Shown: piece by piece, positions 40,500 through 50,857 of the stretch
Layout of the letters: each line of letters starts with the position of its first letter
Numbering within the stretch: position 1 is the first letter of the stretch
Origin: Hamiltosporidium tvaerminnensis FI-OER-3-3
Taxonomy: Eukaryota > Fungi > Microsporidia
Reading direction: 5' to 3'
NCBI GenBank assembly: GCA_022605425.2
Contig: JAKIMF020000007.1
Location: 1,302,001 to 1,366,000, forward strand
DNA: 64,000 bases
Program-made: the position numbers and the translations under genes
Notes under the pieces: model-generated
What the model was told of the DNA's origin: nothing
The model's input: the letters and a program-made list of their open reading frames with translations, nothing else
Databases searched by the model: none

Positions 40500-40583
40500 G
40501 GCAAGATGGCCGAGTGGTCTAAGGCGCTGCGTTCAGGTCGCAGTCCTTTAGTTAGGGCGTGGGTTCGAATCCCACTCTTGTCA
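40500..40583 (+). tRNA. tRNA-Leu (anticodon CAG)
   Basis: Acceptor stem GGCAAGA/TCTTGTC+A, D-arm TGGCCGAGTGGTCTAAGGC, anticodon arm CTGCG-TTCAGGT-CGCAG, long variable arm, GGTTCGAATCC T-arm. A T-run follows. Confidence 0.97.
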
Positions 40584-40611
40584 ATTTCATTTTACTTACC
40601 TTTACCCCTTA

Positions 40612-40866
40612 ATGAATGACATTAGACTACTTCAGAAGAAAATAACGTATTCAGAACGATACACTTCTAACGATTATGTTCTAAGACACGTAATTCTTCC
40701 TAAAGAAATGGTACATCTTATTCCTACAGATAGACTGTTGACTGAAGATGAGTGGAGACAGCTTGGTGTGGTACAGAGTGATGGTTGGGAACATTATATG
40801 ATTTATAAGCCAGAACCGAATATTTTACTTTTTAGAAGAAAGAAGGATAACAACGACTGTCAATAA
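40612..40866 (+). CDS. CKS1: Cyclin-dependent kinase regulatory subunit Cks1/Suc1
   Basis: ITYSERY..DYVLRHVILPK, LLTEDEWRQLGVVQSDGWEHY, PEPNILLFRR are CKS family hallmarks. ACCCTTA precedes the ATG and AATAAA overlaps the stop. Confidence 0.96.
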   Translation: MNDIRLLQKKITYSERYTSNDYVLRHVILPKEMVHLIPTDRLLTEDEWRQLGVVQSDGWEHYMIYKPEPNILLFRRKKDNNDCQ

Positions 40867-41256
40867 AGGGGGTTTATTTATTATATATAGTATTATGATC
40901 TAAAGGGTTTTATGATCTAAAGGGTTTTATTTTTAAGTCATTAAAGGGGTTTTATTTATTATATATAGTATTATTAACTAAATGTTTAAGGTTAAGTTTT
41001 TAAAGGGGTGTTAAGTAAAATGGTTGTGATTAAAGGGGTGTAAAAGGATGTAAAGGAATAGGTATGGTAGAGGGTTGTTAATGATAGTCTAATAACTAAC
41101 AGGGTATTAGTTACTAGATAGTACTATAACGGGTGTTAATTACAAGGCTAGTATGATAAAGGGGTGTTAGTTACTGTGCATGTAATCTAAAGGGTGTATA
41201 TTATTAGCTAGTATGATAAAGGGGTTAGTAATATACCAAAAACCAAAGGGTGTTAA
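40866..41256 (-). repeat. GGGTGTTA (AACACCC) minisatellite between CKS1 and the next gene
   Basis: Repeated AAAGGGGTGTTA / AGGGTGTTA cores at about 30-nt spacing. Confidence 0.8.
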
Positions 41257-41321
41257 TTATCATATATTATTTTTATATAAATAACACCTTAATATTTCAT
41301 TTAAAGGAATCCCCCTTTTTT

Positions 41322-42326
41322 ATGGATAAAATTCTTTTTAACGAGGTTTTGAGTTGCTCGCGTTTTTTTAAAATAGGAGATAGAAAGAAGATTTATAGTG
41401 CTTTAACAGGGGTTAAACTTACTAATAAACAGAAAGAAATAATTCATGAAATATTAAGAAAAGGATGTGTCGATACGGGTCTTATTTATTGTGATGGTTC
41501 TTGCTTGGAATTTAAACGGGAAAGAAGTTTTAATAAACAAAGGGAATCAGTTGTAGATAACACCTCTATGATGTATAAGGAAAATACTAATATAAATAAC
41601 ACCTCTTTAATTACAAAGGAGAATACTAGTATAAATAACACCCCTTTAATTACAAAGGAAAATACTACAATGTTTAACACCCCTTTAAATACAAAGGAAA
41701 ATAATCATTATAATAACACCCCTTCAATCAACAAGGAGAATACCACTATGTTTAACACCCCTTCAACCAACAAGGAAAATACTACAATGTTTAACACCCC
41801 TTTAATTACAAAGGAGAATACTAATATGTTTAACACCCCTTCAACCAACAAGGAAAATACTACAATGTTTAACACCCCTTCAATCAACAAGGAGAATACC
41901 GGTATAAATAACACCCCTTTAAATACAAAGGAAAATACTACTATACTTAACACCCCTTTAATTACAGATGAAGTATTAGAAAAAACAAAATGTTTTTGTT
42001 TTCATAATTTTGGGTTTAAATATGCTTCTTCCTTACAAAAATATTTATTGTGTTGTCTTTTTACTAAAAAAAGCCTTAAAGAGGTTTTACTTGTTGTTCA
42101 TAACATACCTTCATTTTTATATTTAAAAGGTGTTTGTCTTTTAATGCTTTATTATTCAACTGGGGACTTTAAATTTGCTATTGCTTGTTATTTAAGCGTA
42201 CGAAGAAAATTTAGAAAAATAATGGAAATTTCTAATGAAGAGATAATTAAAAGATTGGAAGGTAAAAGAAAATTTGAACAAATATTTCTTTATAATAATG
42301 ATTGTAAAAATATGGAAATAAATTAG
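41322..42326 (+). CDS. Hypothetical protein with an internal 13-aa NTP repeat
   Basis: Long ORF. The probable start is the ATG at 41322 after CCCCCTTTTTT; the ORF-track start at 41250 is non-ATG and inside the minisatellite. Unique N- and C-terminal regions flank about 11 repeats of NTPLITKENTTMF. Confidence 0.8.
   Translation: MDKILFNEVLSCSRFFKIGDRKKIYSALTGVKLTNKQKEIIHEILRKGCVDTGLIYCDGSCLEFKRERSFNKQRESVVDNTSMMYKENTNINNTSLITKENTSINNTPLITKENTTMFNTPLNTKENNHYNNTPSINKENTTMFNTPSTNKENTTMFNTPLITKENTNMFNTPSTNKENTTMFNTPSINKENTGINNTPLNTKENTTILNTPLITDEVLEKTKCFCFHNFGFKYASSLQKYLLCCLFTKKSLKEVLLVVHNIPSFLYLKGVCLLMLYYSTGDFKFAIACYLSVRRKFRKIMEISNEEIIKRLEGKRKFEQIFLYNNDCKNMEIN
41558..41962 (+). repeat. Coding 39-nt minisatellite with TAACACCCC core
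   Basis: Units like TAACACCCCTTTAATTACAAAGGAAAATACTACAATGTT, in frame. Confidence 0.9.
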
Positions 42327-42699
42327 AAAAAATACAATTAATAATTAAATTTCTATTTGTAGAAAATTTATTTATAGATTGGTATGTTACCTTATAATAA
42401 AAATTTTTATTTCTTTATATTATATTTGGAATAAAGTTTGGTTATTTTAATTTTTTGAATACTGGATTGGATAATGTTTTGTTCCTTGGTATTATTCTAA
42501 ATTTTATAATTTATATTGAATTATATTGATTTATCGGCAGCAATTGTATCATCAAAAATTAGAATATTGTGATTTCGGATCTTTTTTAATTAATAATTTG
42601 TCTCTCTTATAAAATATTTTAAAGAAGGAATTGATAGATGTTCTTCTGGTTGCTTATAGTACATCCAACGAAGCTATTTCTCATTATCCTCAGCATTTG

Positions 42700-44500
42700 A
42701 TGTTGATTACAAACTCTTTTTTCGATGGGTTTAAATAGTTTATACTGTTTTTTGGATTCATAGACTGAATATGTATCTCTTTTAATAACAAATTTGAAGC
42801 TCTCTAACCAAATCTTATAACTTGCAGTTATAATTTCACCTCGGATTTTCACTGAAGCCATTATTATTGTCTCACTGTAAATGTATCTTAATATTTGATT
42901 ATAAGTCATATTTTCAGCTATTTTGGTTCAAAAAATTGAAACCTAGTTTCTAATCTATTTCGACTTATGGATGGGCAATCATAGTATATTTCTTATTGCA
43001 CCCAACACTGAAAGTTCATAGATTCAAGTTTTAGCATTATTTCTATCATACATTGATATTTCATATTTTCACATATATATTAGCACAAATTTGAAAAACA
43101 AGGTTTCTATGAATATTTTCTTGAAAATCTTAATTTTTTTCTTAGATAGAAACAAACATATATATTGATTAACTTCTATATGTCCTCTGATGTAGGCGGA
43201 AGAACGCCTTTTTTTGAATATTTCTTCGTTACGTGCACTATAGTTTACCAAGATTACAATATGTGATATTTTCTTCAAGTTCCTGTAATACATTTCTATA
43301 CTAATGTATAAACACTGGATAATCACGTGGATAGTTTTCCTCTCTTTAGGCATCTTGGAGATTCAATAATATTTATTGGCTCGGTGTTTTGGGCATTTGA
43401 TTCGCAAAGTAGTCTTTGTTTTCAATTTATTTATATAAATTTACTTGTTAGTTTATTCTGAAATTTCTGTTTTTAATTATCTTTCTATTCTCATTTAAAA
43501 TATAGAAAAGCTCAAGTTTGTACAAGGTTTGCCTTATCATACTTTTAACTTTTGTAATTGTTGCTTCTGATAAATATTCGCTTTGTCTCGGATAATCTAA
43601 GAACTTACAATGATTATGTTCGCTTATAGACTCAATACTTTGAGGATTTTAATAAAAATCTTGCAAATACAGAATATCTTTACATCTAGGCCTGAGATGT
43701 ACCTTATTATTCATCAAAACTTAAATTGCCACACCAGCATATAAGGAGAAATCAGTAAATTCAAATCGAAGTACTCCCAGTAATATTAGATTGGGTTAAT
43801 GAAAACCTTCAATCAAATAATGAATAAATATGCAAACGATTTATATATGCTTTATTCTACTCTTATAACTTCAGCTGAATTTTTTTTCCTAGAACATGAA
43901 CTCTTTATTGGGTATAGTCAAAAATAAATGATCACTTACTTCATTAACATTTCAATTATTACCTTCAAAACGTTCCGAATTATATCATCTTGTATTTTTG
44001 TCTGTATCAAAGATCTTTGCGAGAAAGGCACGGCTATAAACCAAAAAATGGGGTTCCAAGCATCTGCGACTGTATTAAACTTATCACGCTTCATTGTAGA
44101 GTTAAAATGTAATTATAGACAAATGAGTCTTCTAAATCTGCACTAGTGCTAATATATCATACATTAACAAATTATTCAGCCAATAATATCATTTTCTGAA
44201 ATATTTATTTGTCCAAGCAACTTCTCATATGAATTATTATTCATTTTTAATCCTCGATTTAGATTAAATTTGTCTAATATATAATTCCTATGTGAAGTCA
44301 ATTTTGAATCTTAAAAAACATATCAGTGAACTGACAATTCTTTCATGTCAGATGATATTGTGCCTATATTTGATTACAGTGAGTAAAACCCAAATTATCT
44401 TTTCAAATTCGTCTATGTCCTTGCGGATGCACATAATTGTTTAGCTATTTTGTCTGCTTTTTCTTTTCAGATTACAAGATCGACTATGACACCTTTCATT
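42700..44500 (-). mobile_element. Decayed non-LTR retrotransposon (R4/Dong-like, RT plus restriction-like endonuclease)
   Basis: GVLRFEFTDFS (43745-43777) and LMNNKVHLRPRCKDILYL (43664-43717) resemble the post-RT HLRPxCxERLYL block I recall from microsporidian LINEs. Downstream NYSARNEE (cf. YxxRHN) and LFLSKKKIKIF..IE (cf. PD...IEV) occur in the right order. Boundaries are approximate. Confidence 0.6.
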
Positions 44501-46379
44501 AAGTCTATCTTTAATCTTTCCTAAAACAATAAGAAAACTTTTTTTGATTATCAAAATACAGTGTTTCGGACAAAACCTTTGTAAAATAGTTTTTAAGGTA
44601 TTTGCACAGTATTTGAAGAACTTTTTTCATTTAATTTGCAAAATATATTTAGAGTAGGTGTCACTAAAGAAAAAATCCCTGCAAATCTGTTTCATGTATG
44701 TATATTTTCTTAAATATATAAGTTTAATTTCATTATGCTGCCAGCTTCTCTTTTCTGTTATGACAGAAGAATTTTAGTTTGTGTGACATCAGGAGAAAGT
44801 CTTGGTAGTTATAATACATCGATACCATATATAAAACATCTTACATTTAAAATACACATTTTGCATCTAAATCGAATTATACGTTGCTGTCATTCCAATT
44901 TGGTTCTAAAAATAATACCTTAAAAAAATATTGCTTGGTTTTATAGCATCATATAAAAGTTCTTTCGACTCTTAATTTATATTTTGAAATAATTATCTGC
45001 TCAATCTCAATAAAATAGCAACAATTTTTACAACTTTTTTTCGAGATTATATAATTAGCTTTTTTTTGCCAATTCAGACAAAATTTTATTTTTTTCTTTA
45101 AACAAGTTTTTATACCTCAATAATCGCTCCATGTAATGTTATTGTTCCTATAAATAGTTTTTAGCTTTCAAAATATGTTTCTTACCAATAAGATCAATTA
45201 AAAAAATGTTTTAAGTTCTCAAAATTATATTTTATGTTGTGAGATTCCAATAGCTTGTTTGTTATTTGTAAGTAATGGCTGAAAGTAGTCATGTATCGAA
45301 AATAATTATGATTAATTTTTTCAACAAAATAATCTGTTATATAGCCGTATTATTTGCCACAACATATTGTATAAATATAATTCATTGAACTCTTTAAATT
45401 TTGGTTAAATCATTGCCATTGATTTCGAAAAAATTTGCTTATACAGTCGACGCATATAAATTCTCTTTAATAATAATTCATTTGTATGCTTCTGAGAATA
45501 AATTATTTGAATAGTACAGAATGAGTAAAAGTGTATATTTTATCAACATAAAGTATATTTTTATTGAAACATGCAATTATTATTGTACGACTTACGGGCA
45601 ATAAACATGAGATATTAAATATATTGACTATAAGAAAATTGTAAAAACAATGGAGAAAGCCAAAATAGTCTATATTTAGCTATTTTTTAAGCCTATAATG
45701 TTATTGTATCATTTATATCAAGAAAATAAATTTGGGTTTCAAATCCTTCTATTTTATAACGGGGTAATCCCACGAGCACGACTCACCCGGAAACGTTTAA
45801 TTTTTCCGAAAAATATAAGAAACTAATAATAGTGTTAAAATTAAGAAAGTGATTCTTTTGATTTTTTGAAGAATCTCGCACTTCATAACATTGTGCGAAG
45901 GAGAACATCAAACATATTTAAACGTTTTATAGGTCTAGAATGAATTCACACTAGCAATCTTCAGATACTCCTTTTAGAACTTAGTACATCCTATGAATAG
46001 CATTCATACATACATCTTCGTTGCTTTTTTTAAAATAAGGATAAGGTTCAATCAAATTTCTTTAGATTTTATTGCCAAAATTATTACAAATTGATATAAA
46101 AATAATAAAGTTTAATCAATGTTTTATAGCTTTTTCTCTGAGTATTTATTCATATCCTTGCGAATGGTTTAAAAAACAACTATGCTCTCACTAATAACAT
46201 ATAATTTTATAGCTGGCAAAATTAAAAGATTTTAATAAAAATGATTAGAATGTTATCTAAAAATTATAAGTTACCCATAAATCATAATTACAGAATAACT
46301 GTTGTTTCAGATAACGGAACCGCCTTGTACGAAAAATTTCAACAGAAAAGAAATCGGAATATGATAACAATAGATGGTA

Positions 46380-46660
46380 AACTTAAATGAGCAAAAAGGA
46401 AATAATTAGTACAAGCTACTCAGATTTTAAACAAATATAGCACATGAAGACAAATCTGCAGACATATTGGGATATAAAGCGTTATAGGGAATTTATGAGA
46501 GAATGCTAAATTTGCAGATACTAACGATGAAAAAAACATACCAATAAACCAATTAGGTATGTTTATAGAGCTAAATTAAAATATAAAGAAATTATAGCTC
46601 GGATTCGAAGATTTAAAGAAAAGTCTGTATATATCTTGATGTTTTGTCGAATGTGAAATT
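46380..46660 (+). pseudogene. Possible decayed integrase fragment (H2C2 zinc finger and start of core)
   Basis: Scraps AHEDKSADILGYKAL, REC*IC and YLDVLS in integrase order, in mixed frames. Confidence 0.3.
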
Positions 46661-46869
46661 AAGTTTTTTTTTGCTGTGTATAAAAAAAGATACAAAGAAA
46701 ATGATTGGTCAAATATTTTATACTTCATTTTAAAAGTGCTGACGAATTAAAAAATTAAGAGGATGTTTTGATCTGATGTCATTTAATTTTTATAAGTATT
46801 CCTTAAATATCAATAAATTATTTGATTCATTTTTTAAATTTTTACAATATATATGTATTCATTCGACTT

Positions 46870-47290
46870 ACAAAAATATCCGAACTTTCTAATTCTTTGT
46901 TGTTTTGGAAAAGAAAACTTTTAGAATCTCGTGATAGTTGTTTCCGTTTTTATTCTAGTGTTATTGGTAACAAAGGGTATCGGATATGGTAAAGCTTTAA
47001 GCTTAGAAAAGATTTTGAAAATAATTTTAAGAAAGTCTCCGAAACAGAAGGTTTTAAAAAGTGTGATATTCCATTTAAGAAGCCAAAAGCATCCGAATTC
47101 CGCAACATCGAACATGGGTCTGTATTAGTGCTTCAAAAATTTCCGAGAGAAAAACGCAAGCTGAGGATTTTTTGAAGTAATTAAAAAAATCAGAGAAGTC
47201 AAAAACATAATTCTTTCTTCAGATTCATCGGGCCCAATCAAAACAGATCTTTCGAAATTCGTTAAAGTGTTGATTTATTTACGAAAATTG
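46870..47290 (+). pseudogene. Frameshifted type-II membrane protein gene, paralogue of 32830-33245
   Basis: See 32830-33245. Homology extends to DLSKFVKVL versus DISKYSKVV. Confidence 0.6.
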
Positions 47291-48191
47291 TGTTTTTTTA
47301 AAGGTAAACATCGTATAAGAATAATTTATAATTTTCAAAAAAGGTTACAAAAGAACTTAAAAGTTTATAGAAAAAGGACAGTGTGGTATGTGTTTGGCCA
47401 GTATATCGAATGAAAATAAAGTCTCGTACCATACATGTTGTCATCGATAATAGAAATAAATAAGATGAAACACCAAAAAATCTACTTTTATTTCTAAGAA
47501 CTTGATTTTTGAACTTTTAAGGAAAGAAGATACTCCGTTCAATTGCCAGAATTTATTGTCTTTATCCTAGAAAAAACTCGGAAGCTAGATTCAGAAGAAC
47601 GATTTCCTTTTATGATGATTCATATGCATATAATATCGAAAATAAAAAAAGTTTTAAGCTTTTTATCTAAATTACTTCGGATTTAAATCTGGTAATAAAT
47701 ATACTTTTTTAATAAAATTCTGTATTAAAACTTCTCTACAAATTGTATTATTTCCTTCTACCTCTTTAAACATCATCGTTTCTTCTTCTTCTAAATCCGA
47801 CTCTTCATTTATGTTTATCGCCGGTTCTTCTAATGTGGTTCCTCCTTCTGAAATAAAGGGTGTAATATTTTTTGTTTAAAAATATTTAACATATCTTCAT
47901 CCTTACTCGCTTGTTTTAAAGGAGGTGTTGGTTCATCATGCATCTCTGCTCCTATTAATAATACATTATAAATATACTCATGTTTATTTTTTTATAATAT
48001 TATAAGATTTGAATTTCCTATTTCCTATTTCCTATTTATTATTTCCTATTTCATATTTATTATTTATTATTTATTATTTATTATTTTAAACTTTTTAAAT
48101 ATTTTTTTACGTTATATAGATTTTAATTTAATAAATATTCCAGTTTCAAATAATTTAAAAATTATTATTAAAATTTATTTTAAATATAAAA

Positions 48192-48926
48192 AGAATATTT
48201 ATTTGGAAATATCACATCTTTTTACAATAGTGGCAAGTGTTATATTTGTTTTCATGACATTAACGCAGTTCTAGGTTTAACATAAATAACTGCTACCCCA
48301 ACACTCCATCGGTAACCCCTGCGATACCTACGTCCCAAAGCCTTTCATCTACCAGGTGTGTAGAACCTAATTAATAGGCGAGGCAGTTGACCGGAGTTCG
48401 TTAATGTCCGTTGCATGGAGTGTGATCGAAGGCCGAAGCCCCCCCTGGGCTCCCCCAAGACTATGCAGCATTCCCACTTACTCTACACTTTCTGAACCCA
48501 ATAAACTTCTAGCTAAGATATATTTCAGAGATTTACATGGGGTCCACCTAGACAGTGCAATGTCATACCAACAGGTATAACCTGCTACTTAGTTCTCCCG
48601 GCTTTTAATTGGTTTTATTTTTATATCTCCCAGGCGCTAAGTCTTCTAACCCGAGTGAGCAAGGCTAGGTTTCCATGCTTTTACATGGCGATTACCTACA
48701 TGTTCAGCTGCGGTCTGCAATCTGGTTACATAAAAAACTACAAATAAATTCGTAGAAAAAGTTTCACCATTTCTTAGACCTCTCCTCCTCATACAAACTC
48801 CCATGGAACAACCGAAGATGTAGTGTGGTTTTAGTCCCACCAAAAATCCAAACAATGATCTTCACACCAGTTTCACACACTCATTGCCAAGCAGAAAGTT
48901 TTTTATGCGGTTATCCTCCCTCCACC
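48192..48926 (-). repeat. Family B element, copy 3 (most GC-rich, candidate TSD)
   Basis: Reverse-complement match to 36304-37021 end to end. Flanked by direct repeat TTTAAATATAAAA (48179-48191 and 48927-48939). Confidence 0.9.
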
Positions 48927-50857
48927 TTTAAATATAAAATATATATATCTGGTGGAAATCAATTTAATTTTTTAATTATTTACAATTTCAAATATCGAAA
49001 TATAACAATGATTATATAGTTCATTGGAATAAAAATTCATTTATTGAAGATTAAATGGCTGTTTCTGTTTCTATGACTCAAATATGAGAATTAAAAATAA
49101 TTTTATTTGGTTATTTAAAACAAGTAACTATCAAAACCTGAAAAATTGAATATAATAATCATTTTTTTTGTTTTATTCAAGAAGCGCGTGTGTAGGACCT
49201 AATTAATGCAACCAGCAAATTATTTGGATTTGGAGATGTGTTGTATGGCATTGTATAAACTATCAAGGGTAAAATGTATACAGCGGTATTTCTGTTAACC
49301 CGAGATTTACTATGTCTCGGGTAGTTTTTCATTTCTACGCGAATATATTTACTTACATTGAATTGTTCAAGATAAATCGAAATTTCTGAATTTGAAAACT
49401 CGTGTTAAAAAATAAAAAATTTATAAAAAGATTTCGGTTATAAATTTTCTTAAGAAAAAAACATATGACGTTTACCGAAATTAAAAATGGGAACTTCGAA
49501 ACGCTTTAGAAATCAATATTTTATAGATTTAATATGATATTGTAAGATGTATAAATCTTGTAATTTGAGTTATATACATCACTACCATAAGAAATGAAAT
49601 ATTAAAACACGAAGTTAAAAGCGGTTAGGTAAAATATTTTCCTGAACTTGTGATCTGGGATTCAAAAAAAAAACAATAGTGCTATAACGCGTGCATGATT
49701 TATAGTAGGTTTTTAGGGCTTAGTTGTTAAAATAATCCGGACAATAATCTACTAAAATCATGGTTTGAAAATTTGAAGCTTATGCGTTCTCTTTTTCATA
49801 CTTTATAAATTTATATTTTGAAGTTAAGAGAAAATATTCCGTTAAAGAATTTAGAATGCAACTCAAAATCAAATATATATGAATTTACAATAAAAAATGT
49901 GATTATTTATTCCAGCAAAAACCTTAGAAAAAAGTGAAGACCTATAAAATACTATGATGCCTCGATTTACTTTCTAATTATTCAAACTACTCATATTTAA
50001 ATAAGACTTGCTTTTCAGCTATAAAATTTTATTTATAGGTATAATATAGCATAATTTTGTATATAAAGCGAAAAACAAATTTGATTATATTTATAAAGAA
50101 TAATAATCTAGAAAGCTTAAATCACTATTTGTTTGAAAAAAATATGCCGGATTCCAAGTAAAGAAAATGAAATGGTAAAAAAAATGTTTCTGTAAAATAT
50201 AATAAAGCTTTGAGTAAATTATAATCTAATTTAGAAATATAAAGGTTGATAAAAAGGAAGAAATGATTATCCAATGATAAGCTCATTAAATGCGATGTTT
50301 TTAATGCCTAATATCAATTCTATGTATTTGTTTCAAAAATAATTTATGTTTGAAATCACTAAAACAAAATAATGAAATATCTGATTATAGGTACGAATGA
50401 ACAAATTATTTTAAAATTTCAGTAAGTTTTTAATCGCTAAAAATAAATTAAATGAAAGTTTTATGAAATTAAGTATTAAAAAGGAGTTGACATATAATTT
50501 CTACAAATAGGAGTTTAGCAGAACTTTTAAGATTTCTAATACAAATTAAAATTGTGTAAAGAAAATAAAAGTTTTGGTTTGTTTGCAAAGTAAAAGTGTT
50601 CTAGTGTTTTAAAAAAGAATAAAAAAAATTTTTAACTGTTCTACGAAACTTTTTTGAAAGCTCGAAGAAAGAATTTTTTATCAGTTAATAATTTGACTTT
50701 TCTTTTAAAAACCCAACCTTTTTCTATAAATCAAATACTTGTTTTAAATATCCAACAAGTGATTCCAAATATTTGCCATTTTATATCAAATTTCTCCTTA
50801 ATCATTTAAGTACGTTTTTAATTATTTTTATATAATATAGAAATTTTGACAGCCCCA

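Noticed and set aside
48646-48855. 69-aa ORF within family B
   Set aside because: Non-ATG start, and indels break the frame in the other copies.
32830-48926. One large inverted duplication flanking the gene island
   Set aside because: The order pseudogene-B-island-pseudogene-B is not mirror-symmetric and divergence levels differ, so these are independent events.
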